DNA from: Diplonema japonicum
Taxonomy: Eukaryota > Protista > Euglenozoa: Diplonemea
DNA: 64,000 bases
NCBI GenBank assembly: GCA_964019335.1
Contig: OZ025748.1
Span: 186,001-250,000, forward strand
Direction of reading: 5' to 3'
Numbering within the stretch: the stretch's first letter is position 1; each line of letters opens with the position of its first letter. Under the pieces are notes generated by a model. The model saw nothing but the letters and a program-made list of their open reading frames with translations. It searched no databases and was not told the DNA's origin. This document shows positions 33,162-44,028 of the stretch, one piece after another. Made by a program: the position numbers and the translations under genes.

Positions 33162-33498
33162 AGAGATCAATTATATATTCTCATTTTGAAAAAAACCAAA
33201 AGAAAGTTTCTTTTTGTTTTGTTTTTTGCTTCACTCTTTTTTCTCTCTCCGCTAACTCTGATCTGACGGCATGTCTTACATTCCTGGTTTGTTTCACGGG
33301 TGGTCCTTAACAGGGGCTTGCTCTTTTTTTTTTTCTTTTCTTTTCTTCTTTTTTCTTTACATTTCGGGAGGAATTCCTTAGAAATCGTGTCACATAAGGG
33401 ACAAAGTACAACCTTTTTTCATGATTTCTCATTTTGTTTTCTGCCTTTCTCATGATGTTCATATATATGAGCAAGACATGTATTCCTTCCGAAAAAAA

Positions 33499-33536
<38 letters not shown>

Positions 33537-33672
33537 AGAGGTGCTCTCTCTCACTATCTCTCTCTACTCCCTCCCTCGTTTTTTCCATTCTATATATTTT
33601 TGAATTTTGTGCCGCTTTTTTCTGTGCCATCACCATCGCCACCAACACCACAGGGGGGTATTGCAAAGCAAG

Positions 33673-34274
33673 ATGCACCCTGCGATCTACAGGCTCCGGG
33701 CTCACATGAAGCCCGGTGAGCAGAAGTTCATGTGGAAGAGGTCGTACTACTTCAACACGATGTGGAGGAAGTTCAAGCATGGCTACTTCGGGATGGACGT
33801 ATGGCATCAAGGAAAACCATTCTTAAAAACAAACAAACACACACACAGACCCTCCCCCACACCTTCTACTTCGTTCTGCCGTTTGTGTACGCAAGCTACA
33901 TGATCTTCAGCGACCTGTTCTACCACCCTGACATCGACTCCTCGTGGCTCTTGATCGAACCCTTGAAGTCTTTCTTTGACAACCAGGTACTGCATGGAAA
34001 TTTAAAGGAAGAAACCATAAAAACAAACAGGGTGCGTACAGGCAGGATTTCTACCAGGAGGGGCAGACCTTCCGTCTTTACGACCACGCTCCTCTGTATG
34101 GGCATTTAAGAATGGGAAAAAAAAAAAAAAAAAAAAAAAAACAGGGCGTTCGGTCTGAAGGGTAGGCATAGGGCTATGATTGAGGCTGGTATTGACGTGA
34201 ACTGCCCCACTTCTTCCATGTACGGGAAGAGGGTGCTCAAGATCGATGAGGTGGTCCCCTATGAGGCGGAATAG
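33673..34274 (+). CDS. Small single-TM protein, copy 2; introns 33799-33848, 33987-34030, 34096-34144
   Basis: Exons identical to 25554..26154. Confidence 0.75.
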
Positions 34275-34551
34275 ACAAAACGGAGAGGTGAAATTAAAAA
34301 AAAAAAAAAAAAGAAAGAAGCAGAAACAAACGGAATGAAAAGAAAAAAAATAAGGGTCCCCCTCACAAAAAAAAAAATGTATTTTTTTTCTTTTATGTAA
34401 CAGCCACGGATTATCTTTATTTTTTTTTTCGTTTTTTTTTTTCCATATTTTTTTTTCTTCCCCCCCCCAAAAAAAAGAGCTCCGACAAGGCGCTACTTTT
34501 TTTCTTCACATTTTTTTTTATTCACATTTTTTTTTTATATCTTTTTCAGGG

Positions 34552-34591
<40 letters not shown>

Positions 34592-34691
34592 GTGTTCCCC
34601 CCTTTTTTTTTTCTTTCTTGATTCCAACTTTTCAACAATCAAAAAAAAAAGGGGGGTGGAAAGGGAAGGGTTTGCTTGCCCAAGCCTCGAT

Positions 34692-37213
34692 ATGAACCAA
34701 GCTGGGGTTGGACCTCATGGGGCGATCGGGGCAGCTTTGTCATCCCCACAGCAGCGACTTCAGATGGAAGTCGGTACACTGCAGGCTATGGTGGGCACAA
34801 TGCAAGACGCCCTCAGTGTATTCGTGAACCCACAGGGCAACACACGAGCGGAACAAACTACGGTAGACGAGGTGTGCGAGCTGTTTAGCCTGGTGATCTC
34901 CGTCTTGCAGTCTGACCCCGATGTAAACCGATTGAGAATTCTGCTTTTCGACAGTGTTGAAGAAGGCCATCCAAACATATTCTCAGTTATCATCAGATAC
35001 CTTTCAGCAAGGATTGTATACTCCCCAGGCGTGACGTCTCCGGAGGAGATCAAGAACTCATTCAACAAATTGCGAACAAATGCGTTACGAACGCTGTCGA
35101 AGATAATTTCGTTGGTCTCGTCCGACCACTACCCGTCGGTAAGCGACACAACGCAAGCGGCTGTGTTGTGCGCGCGAGCGGTTGTCGCGGAGAAGGGTGT
35201 CGAACTTCTGTTGGCGATAGTATGCGGAGGCCCACAGGTGACTGAAGAGTTAAAGATATCTGCAATCGAATGTTTATTTGTTTTCGTCATGCGGAACAGT
35301 TCTGGCAAACAAGCCATCATCAACACGGCCGGATCGCTTCAATACCTCTCGACCGCACTCCGCGGGGAACCATCACCCATGGTGCGTAACTATTCCGCAG
35401 CGTGCATTCGCGAGCTAGCAAACACCCACCCCACCCACATCATCAACTCGGAGTTTCCTGAGATGATAGTTGACCTCATCAAAACCGACTCAAGCGCCGA
35501 TGTCCGCGTCCTTGCCACCGAGACAATGGACGTTCTGCTCAAAGCCGACAGTACTTACGTTCAAAGGTACCCTTTGAAACGTGAACTTGCGGAGGTTCTG
35601 CTCAACCTCCTCACACATGACACAAACAAGGAAGTAGCCGACATAACGTGCAGGCTTCTCTCCACGGTGTTCACCATTGAAGGGAAACAGATTGCCGCCA
35701 TCAACCACAAGGACATGGACGTTACCGGGCTTCCTGTTACGTTCACCAGCCATGTTTTAGAACTAGGCGGGTTCAAGGTAATCTTGAAGGTAACCACCAG
35801 CGGGGAGCCAAAGGTACGTGCTGTTGCCGCAGAAGCGTTCCGGAACTTAGTTCAATGGGTGCCGTGGCAGATTAAACTGGGGCATCGTTTGATAGAAGAC
35901 TGGACGTCTATGGGAGTTCTTCTTAACGGGTTGAAGACGGACGCGTCGCCTGCTCCGGAGGACAAGTTTGGGCAGACTGCTTTGGTGGAATTGTCAATTG
36001 CTTTGGGGATTCTCTTCGTGCAGTCGCCGCATACCCGTACAGCGGTGAATCAAGAACTATCGGGCTTCCCAGCATGGCTGCCCACATTGCGTTCCGCCGT
36101 CATCACCAACTTGAACCGCCCCGCGTTGGAATATTATTCTGGGATTGAGATCTACGATGTGACGGGGCAGCACATCACAAGCCTGCAGGGCATCCAATGG
36201 AACCAAACACCAGGCTGCCCACCGCAGACTAAAAAAGCTAGTCTTCGAAACGTGTTTATTCAACAAGAACAACGAGTGGCCGACAAAGACGGTTCCTTTG
36301 CGAAGGCGCAGCCTCCACCACCATCAACGTCCTACGATGACCCGGAGGTTATGAAACAGAAGTCGATGAGGCTCGCGTACGTGATCTTGGCGTACTCCAT
36401 CCACCTTGCTTTGTCGGTGGGTGCGGGGGGCAGCGTCGGTCCGAGTGGTACTACTAGTAATATAAACAACAACAACAACAACAACCTACCTTCGGAACCC
36501 AATGTTGTTCTGCCGAGTAGCATTGCGCCGCCTGCACCCTCGGCGACGCCAGCATCGGATGTGTATCAACCTGTGTACCCTCCTCCTGGACATGTTGTGT
36601 CGGGTCCGCCGCCGCCGTCTGTTCATTCTGGGTATGGGCCTGCCATGACGCCTGTTGTGCCTACTAGGTCGAGTGTGTTGCGTGAGCAAGTGTCTGGTAC
36701 AGAGAGGTCTCACCAGATCTTGGTCAAACAGCTGAACGGGCAGTACCCTAACCAGCCGCCACAACCACCGCAGGGTTATGGGATGGCGCCCCCGCCTCCT
36801 CCGCAGCATTTGCAGCAGCCCCCTATGCAGCAGAGTTTTGTCAATGAAAGCCTGCCCTCGCAGATTATGCCCTCCCAGCATCAATCGTTTGTCAACCCGC
36901 CTTCTTCTATGGTGTCAAGGGGCCCTCCGCAGCCTCGTTACGAACCGATGTTTCCCAATGCTGGGCGAACGGCGTCGCCGGGGGCGGCGAAGGCTTCGAA
37001 GCAGCATCCTTACCCTCAGGCACCTGCGAGCTACCACTCCGCGGGACCGTCTAGACAGCCGGTACAGGCCGACCCCGAGCTGCAGCAGACTTACTCGAAG
37101 TTCGACAACGCCTTGAAGCTGACCATTCACTTCGCACAGTACTTCAACAGAAAGGTCGACAAAAAGCCGACCTACAAAGCAACACCTGATGGGTATGAAC
37201 GGAAAGGGGAGAG

Positions 37214-37251
<38 letters not shown>

Positions 37252-37882
37252 TATATGATAAGGCAGTCTCATATAGCCAACCCATGGACACCGGTTATTA
37301 AGAAGAACAGGCTGAAATCATGGAGCGTCAAGGATTTGAAGGTAATTTAAAAAAAAAAAAAATTTCATTTTTCTCGAACAGGAGGGTGATCTTTTCTATT
37401 TTTCGATCCCGTTTAACGAGCTGACGATCGACGCAGTGGAGGAGGATATTAAGAGGGCGAGGAGGCATTTGACGAACGTGAAGAAGATGTTTGTGATCAC
37501 ACCGCAGAAGGCGAAGGGGCGGAGGTGGTTCTTGTTTGATGTGATGAACAACATTGTGCCCCGCGTACAGGACACGCTGCTGGAGCTCATCAAGCTGCTC
37601 CAGAGGCACGGTGAGGAGAACACTAAATTCCCGCTTTTCATGTTCAGGGAACAGGAGATGCAAGAGGGCGAAAGACACATTCACCCAGGCAACCTGCTAG
37701 ACGTTATTGATCAAGTGAAGTTCTACTTCTCTCAGTCGCCGAACGACCTTGCGGGAGTTAACAGTAATTACATTAAAGACCTAGACGAACGAATGAAGGC
37801 GCTGGCCAGCAGAGAATTTACTGGATACGAAGACGATTTGTCGAGCGACTCTTCCACTGTTAGGTATGGGAAGGGAGAGGGG

Positions 37883-37929
<47 letters not shown>

Positions 37930-38090
37930 GCTCTGACGATTCGCCAGTTCACCCCAAAACCGGTGGTGTTGGTGTTGGTGTTGGTGGGCCTGAACTTCCT
38001 CTTGGCGGGCCTGGCCGTCGTGACCCTTATCCGCAACCCCAGTTCGCCACTACCGGGCTTGATTCAGATAGTGATGATGACTCGGACTAG
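34692..38090 (+). CDS. ARM/HEAT-repeat protein with Pro/Gln-rich linker and globular C-terminal domain; join(34692..37192,37251..37341,37382..37863,37931..38090), 1077 aa
   Basis: Helical-repeat patterns (VRNYSAACIRELA, VRVLATETMDVL, VRAVAAEAFRNL). Three GT-AG introns (58, 40, 67 nt) connect the separate ORF-track pieces in frame. Confidence 0.8.
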
Positions 38091-39014
38091 AAGGAGATGG
38101 AATAATCATTGTACATAGAGCATAGAGAATTAGGAAAAGAGAGGATTTTTGTGATGAATTTTTTTTTTTTCCCATGTTTTTTTTTTTTTTTTTAATTTTA
38201 TTTTTTTGTATCCTCTCCCTTTTTCCATACAAAAAACTTTTTAGAATCTCCCCCCCCCCCCCCCCGGCCCCCCACCTGTTCCCTGCACTTGCCCCCTTTT
38301 TTTTCAACCATTTTTGCAAGCAACGTCCCCCTCCTATGTCCCCCTCTCCCCCCCCCCCGTTGCAAAGATTTTTTTAAAATTCTTTGATCGAAATCTTTTG
38401 TTGAAATATGGTCGCATTTTTCTTTTTAAAAAAAAAAAAGTCTTACGACGTTACTGATTCAAAAAAAAAAAAAACTGGGTTTTGGTTTTTTTTATTTTTT
38501 TTTTTTTATATATATTATTTCCCGTTCCCCGTCCCCCCAAAATTGGGCAGAATCTAACCTGGGGAAGCCAAGAAAAGGGTATTGCTAAAACGAAGGAAGG
38601 AAACGGGTCATTTTGTTCCTAAAACCTTATTTGGTTGCTAAAAAAAACGACGCATTCCCCCCCCCCCCCCCATGCTAATTGTAAACAAGCTCAGAAGGTC
38701 AGAACTAGACACAAGTGGCCGTTGCCCTGAATGCGGGGGAAAAACCCCCCAAATAATAACTTCCAGCCCTCGCTAAACGGTTTTAAGACTTTTCTTTTTG
38801 GAAAAACGCGACCAAAATTATTGGAAAAAAAAAAAAAAAAAAAAAAAGAAAAACTTATTTGTTTTATTTTTTTATTATTATTTCCCTCCCTGATTCCTTC
38901 TTTTTTTTTTTTTTAAGTCTCTAGATTTCCCCTCCTCCCCCCTCCACATAAGTCTAAAAATTGTCTAGCCATCCATTCCCCGTTCAAGGAAAAACTACAC
39001 AAAAAGAAAAAAAA

Positions 39015-41354
39015 ATGCAAAAACTTCCAGAAGAGACGATCAAAACTCTACGAAGCGGGATAGGCATGGGTTGCGTGTCGCAAGCCATCGAAGAGCTTGT
39101 GATGAACTCGATCGACGCGAGTGCCACGAACATCGTGATAAGAGTTGACACCGGAGGGCTGGGCCTAGAGGTGGTCGACAACGGTACAGGGATCACCGAA
39201 ACCAACCTGAACATGGTTGGCGAAAGGTACCACACTTCAAAAGCAGATGGTCGATCACTAGGCTACAAGGGTGAAGCCTTGGCCTCCATTGCAGAAATAT
39301 CAGAAAATATCATCATAACCACAAAGACAGACGGGCAGTACGAAGCTATTCAACGAAACTTCGCCGAAAACCGATTTTCCAGGTGTCCTCGAAATCTTCA
39401 AGGAACCACCGTCGAAGTGGTCGACTTCTTCAGCAAACTCCCTGTCAGGAAGGCGAAACTGTTACGGTCGAAACCTGCAAAAATACAGCAGGACTTGACA
39501 TCGATTGTGAGGAATCTATGCTTGGCACACCCTCAAGTTTCTTTCAGGCTTTTCTACGGAGAAAATCTGCTCATAGCAAAACCCCCCACAGAGCCCGGCA
39601 TGGCTACGTACTCTGCAGTTCTGGGGGAAACCAGGCAGAACGACACATTGGTCCTGCGAGAAAATCATTGGCAAAATGATGAAGGCTGTATCTGGGGGAT
39701 GGTCTCAAAGGGCTGCACCACACACACTAAGGACTACCAGATCTTAATCGTGAACGGGCGCCCTGTGAAATGCCACATAGTTGACGATATTATCAACACT
39801 ATCTACTCCCGTTCCCGCGTGGGATTTTCCAAAGACTACGCCCAGAACGGTGCGAGGCACCCCGCCTACGCCGTGTACATCACCCTTCCCCGAACCTCGT
39901 ACGAGGTGACTCCCAACGGAACATTCTTCGAGATGTACCTTAAACGCCCTCAGCTGCTCTCCCCTTACCTCATGGAGGCCGTGTGTGTCGCTTTGCAAAC
40001 CGCCGGCTACCAAACACCAAACTGCCTTGGGCTGATCCATGGTGCGTGGGTGGCCATGCCCCTTTGTCAACACGAGGAACCTGTCGAAGAAGAACACGGT
40101 GAAGAAGAAATAAAAGAGGAGCCCCATCCCACAAACGAGAAGCTGGTCCCGTTGATGGAATTATTGTCGCAGAAGAAGGACGAACTGAACAGCCCAGAGA
40201 AGGTCCCGGCGCCTAGAACCCCCTCCAACGCCGCTTTGAAGGCGTTTCTGTTTCTTAAAAATGGTGGTTCGAACGAAGAAGCAAAACCCACGCAGGCAGT
40301 TGTGAATGATAGCAAACCTCTTGTTCCGATGGAGGCAGCAAAGCCTATCTCTCCCTCTGATGAAGCTTTGAAGGCTCTTCTGTTGCCCCAAAGCAGTCAT
40401 CCCCGTCCTGTGCCTGAAACAAACAGGGTGAACGTCCCGCAGCCGTTCGTCCCTAAAGGACAACCTCCGAGCACAGTGCCTGCGGCGCGCCCTGTTCCCG
40501 TGTTGCCGGAACCTGCCCCCGAACCCGTGGTGCCTTCCCCGGCTCTTTTCAAAAAAGAGGCGAAGATCACAAGCACGGTGCCCGTCATCTTCCGAAGGTG
40601 GTACGACCAGCACAACACAGTGGCGCCGATGGACAGGTCGCAGGTGGTGCTCGGGACAACGTTGACAAGGGACGATGTAAAAAAATTCAGATTAGTGGGC
40701 CAGAGTCATCTGCAGTTCATCATAGGAGAGGTGAAGGGGACCGTTTGCGCTGTGGACCAGCACGCTGCAGATGAGAGATGCAAGCTAGAAGCCTTGAAGG
40801 AATCCCTTGCAAGCATGGTGAGCGGGAGGAAGTCCAGCAACACGATACACTGCACACCTGAGGAATATTGGACGGTCCGAGAAACTGAAGATGAGCTTAA
40901 AAAGTGGGGTTGGGCTGTTGCATATAAAGAAGGCTGTGTAACTGAGGTCACGGTGGCGCGGGTGGCTCTGGTGCAGTTCCCTTCATGGGTGGCGGAGCCT
41001 AGAGAGGTGGTCCTGAAGCACGAGCTGGTCATCCAAGCAGCCATTGAAATCTCCAAAGGAGGCCCCTCTACAACGCCTTCTTCCTACTCCCGCCTCCTCG
41101 CCAGCAAAGCCTGTCGTTCCGCATTGATGTTCAATACATATGTTGCCCCCTCAGACTGTAGGGCGCTTATTGCCGCTTTGTCAAAAACGAAGGACCCCTT
41201 CCACTGTGCACACGGGAGGCCTAGTATTGCACCCCTATGCGCGCTCCCTGAGGACGTCGAACCTGCGTTCAAGAAACCGAAGCTGCAAAGTTTGAAAAAG
41301 CCTCCGAAAAAACCAAAATTTGGATCGTTGCTTGCGATGAGCGGTGGGGGGTAA
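39015..41354 (+). CDS. MLH3: MutL-family protein MLH3
   Basis: GHKL motifs EELVMNSIDA, DNGTG, GYKGEALASI, GTTV; endonuclease motif DQHAADERCKLE; ACRSALMF and PFHCAHGRPS, the MLH3-type CAHGRP motif. Confidence 0.85.
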   Translation: MQKLPEETIKTLRSGIGMGCVSQAIEELVMNSIDASATNIVIRVDTGGLGLEVVDNGTGITETNLNMVGERYHTSKADGRSLGYKGEALASIAEISENIIITTKTDGQYEAIQRNFAENRFSRCPRNLQGTTVEVVDFFSKLPVRKAKLLRSKPAKIQQDLTSIVRNLCLAHPQVSFRLFYGENLLIAKPPTEPGMATYSAVLGETRQNDTLVLRENHWQNDEGCIWGMVSKGCTTHTKDYQILIVNGRPVKCHIVDDIINTIYSRSRVGFSKDYAQNGARHPAYAVYITLPRTSYEVTPNGTFFEMYLKRPQLLSPYLMEAVCVALQTAGYQTPNCLGLIHGAWVAMPLCQHEEPVEEEHGEEEIKEEPHPTNEKLVPLMELLSQKKDELNSPEKVPAPRTPSNAALKAFLFLKNGGSNEEAKPTQAVVNDSKPLVPMEAAKPISPSDEALKALLLPQSSHPRPVPETNRVNVPQPFVPKGQPPSTVPAARPVPVLPEPAPEPVVPSPALFKKEAKITSTVPVIFRRWYDQHNTVAPMDRSQVVLGTTLTRDDVKKFRLVGQSHLQFIIGEVKGTVCAVDQHAADERCKLEALKESLASMVSGRKSSNTIHCTPEEYWTVRETEDELKKWGWAVAYKEGCVTEVTVARVALVQFPSWVAEPREVVLKHELVIQAAIEISKGGPSTTPSSYSRLLASKACRSALMFNTYVAPSDCRALIAALSKTKDPFHCAHGRPSIAPLCALPEDVEPAFKKPKLQSLKKPPKKPKFGSLLAMSGGG

Positions 41355-41571
41355 TGCGGTGGGGGGTAATGGGATGCATGCAATATACCGAATAGCGGCG
41401 AAAAGGGGGGGGGATAAAAAAATCTCGCATTGTTTTTCTTTTTTTCTTTTTTTTTTTTTTTCTCATTCCTGTTCCGCCGAAGGCACCCAGTCTATTTTCC
41501 CGTTCAAAAAAAACCTCTAAAAATTCGTGTACTAGCGACAGCGCGGGGACAAGGCAAAAAAGAAAAAAAAA

Positions 41572-43566
41572 ATGGATATTGATATGAAGGCCCCTCCCGC
41601 TGAGCTGAGCGACGTGGTGAAGGAAGTTGACTGGACCTACAACAACACGGATATTGAAGATGTTTACAAGAAGTGGGATGACCTGGTGAAGCCCAAGGAC
41701 AAAATTACCCTTCGTGGCGTGGTGACGGACCTGTTGGAGGACGTTCCCGAGACTGAAGCGGCGATGAACAAAAAGATTATAACACTGGCAAAGAAATGGA
41801 AGACCACAGGGCTCCCGAAAAAATCCCACCTGCTCTTTGTGTATGAGGATATGGTGGCGGAGAAGAGGTTTGAAAGAGAGAGGAAACTGGAGGAACGATT
41901 AGTTACGAAGGCCATGAAATCACAAAGCGGGGTAGTATCGATAACCGTGCTCACATCACCGTACCCCAGGGATGAAAACGGGAAGGAACAGAACTTCACG
42001 TGCAAGTACAATTGTTATTATTGTCCGGATCAACCCGGGCAACCAAGATCATACCTCAGAGATGAACCGGCGGTGCGCCGTGCGAACCAAAATAGTTTCG
42101 ATCCGATTCTTCAATTCTCCGACCGTGCCAGCGTCCTCGCTCAAAACGGGCATCCCATCGATAAAGTTGAGCTTCTCGTGATCGGAGGGACGTGGACAAA
42201 CTACCCCCACGCGTACCAAGAAGCATTCATTAGAGACCTGTACTACGCCGCAAATACGTTCAGAATTCGTGAAAACCTTCCGGAGAAAAAATCACTTCTC
42301 GAAGAGCAAGCCATCAACGAGTCCGCGTCATGCAAGATTATAGGCCTGACCCTGGAAACCCGTCCGGACACGATAACACCAGAAGAAGTTACCCGCCTCC
42401 GAGAGTACGGGTGCACACGGCTTCAAATTGGGATTCAGCACACCGACGACGGGATCCTGTCTTATGTCAATCGTGGCCATGACGACATGGCCACTCAGGA
42501 GGCCATTACGCTTCTTAAAAATTCTTGTTTCAAAATCGATGCGCATCTCATGCCTAACCTACCCGGGTCTGATCCGGGCTTAGACGCGAAAATGTTCTCT
42601 ACTGTGTTTCAAGGCGAAGCCCATCAGGTTGACCAGATTAAGATATACCCTTGTGAGGTTACACCGTGGACCCTTATCAAGAAGTGGCATGACGATGGTA
42701 AGTACAAACCTTACCCCGAAGAGGATCTCATATCTGTTCTTGTCGATGCGAAGGCCATCGTCCCACCGTGGGTGAGGCTGAACCGCGTCATCAGAGACAT
42801 CCCCGCAAAATACGTCGAAAACGGCCCGCAGGAGAACCTGCGAGAGGTCCTTCTCAGAAAACTATCGGAAAAAGGCGTTTATTGCAAATGCATCCGGTGC
42901 AGGGAAGCTGGCGACATGGGCGGCAGGCTAATGGGCCGGGAGAACGGCGCTCGCGACGGCGTGGCTGCAAAACTACACGCGGAGGAAAAACTAAACGACA
43001 CGGAGCTCGTGGTGAGGAAGTACAAGGCATCGGGTGGAGAGGAGTATTTTATATCAATCGAAACTCATGACCGGTCCACCCTGTATGGGTTTTGCAGGCT
43101 CAGAATCTCGGATGGCCCCAGACCTTTCACCGATCTTGCCAACTCAGGCCTGATACGAGAGTTACATGTTTACGGGCAGTTGATCCCCACCGCTGAGAAA
43201 GATGCGAGCCACGCGCAAAATCTCGGGTTCGGCCGGCAGCTGCTTGCAGAGGCAGAGCGAATCGCGCACACGCAAGGTCTCTCCCGCACCGCTGTCATTG
43301 CCGGGGTCGGCTCGCGAAACTATTACAGAAAGCTTGGATACTTTCTTTCCTCTTCGCCGGGGCATTTCATGGTGAAGGAGTTGTCACCTTCAACCCTCCT
43401 ACCGCCCCCTGTTATCAAGAAGCGTGCGCACACTGACGTGCACCAGACCGGGAGACACACGGATGCCAGTGAAACAGGCTACAACCTCTTGTTCAGAGGT
43501 GTGCAGGCCTTTGTGCTGATGTGTCTGGCAATAGGGTCTATTTGGTTCCTGTATCAGAAGACCTAG
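41572..43566 (+). CDS. ELP3: ELP3-family radical SAM + GNAT/KAT protein with a C-terminal TM anchor
   Basis: CKYNCYYCP, PRSY, ETRPD, HLMPNLPG, KIYP, RLNRVIRDIP, CIRCRE, IRELHVYG, QNLGFGR, IAGVGSRNYYRKLGY; hydrophobic tail. Confidence 0.93.
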   Translation: MDIDMKAPPAELSDVVKEVDWTYNNTDIEDVYKKWDDLVKPKDKITLRGVVTDLLEDVPETEAAMNKKIITLAKKWKTTGLPKKSHLLFVYEDMVAEKRFERERKLEERLVTKAMKSQSGVVSITVLTSPYPRDENGKEQNFTCKYNCYYCPDQPGQPRSYLRDEPAVRRANQNSFDPILQFSDRASVLAQNGHPIDKVELLVIGGTWTNYPHAYQEAFIRDLYYAANTFRIRENLPEKKSLLEEQAINESASCKIIGLTLETRPDTITPEEVTRLREYGCTRLQIGIQHTDDGILSYVNRGHDDMATQEAITLLKNSCFKIDAHLMPNLPGSDPGLDAKMFSTVFQGEAHQVDQIKIYPCEVTPWTLIKKWHDDGKYKPYPEEDLISVLVDAKAIVPPWVRLNRVIRDIPAKYVENGPQENLREVLLRKLSEKGVYCKCIRCREAGDMGGRLMGRENGARDGVAAKLHAEEKLNDTELVVRKYKASGGEEYFISIETHDRSTLYGFCRLRISDGPRPFTDLANSGLIRELHVYGQLIPTAEKDASHAQNLGFGRQLLAEAERIAHTQGLSRTAVIAGVGSRNYYRKLGYFLSSSPGHFMVKELSPSTLLPPPVIKKRAHTDVHQTGRHTDASETGYNLLFRGVQAFVLMCLAIGSIWFLYQKT

Positions 43567-44028
43567 AGCCAGTTCCCAGTGTTTTTTTTTTTTTTTTTTA
43601 CCTACGTAGAAATGTTTTTTTTTTTTGAAGAAAAAAGAAGAGAATATAAAAATTCCGGAATTTAAAAAAAAAAAAAGAAAAGTTGGTCTCCGTGGTTCTG
43701 GTGTTCAGCCCCCCCCCCTTCAGGCTAACCTACCTTTGTAGCTTCCCGTGTCCTTACGGCCCTCCAGTTTCTTTTTCTTTCTCCCTCCCTGAAGGTCAAC
43801 GCAAAGCAAAAAAAAAAAAAAAAACGCTCATAATACGCCCCTTGAATTCTTGCCCCCCCCTCCCCCTTTCTATCAAAAAAGAAAAAGCGTTTTGTGCACA
43901 CTGACCCTCCCCCCCTTTTTTTTTCTTAAAAAAATGAAATATCATCACAACAAAAAAAGGAGGGGAGCGGGGGAGAGGGGAAAGAAGAAAAAAAAAAAAA
44001 AACACAAAAAGAAAATAATAAAAAAGAA

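Larger units (their letters stand above)
26515..33492 (+). repeat. Segmental repeat of ~45750..53871 (protease A, protease B, X, Y)
   Basis: Coding regions and all sequence from the protease B ATG onward are near-identical. The A-B spacer is diverged and differs by a ~1.2-kb indel. Confidence 0.95.

Noticed and set aside
31728-33170. Long minus-strand ORFs over X, Y and the proteases (also 23910-25052, 30339-31193, 52107-53549)
   Set aside because: Expected shadows of GC3-rich genes; no domains; they run into homopolymers.
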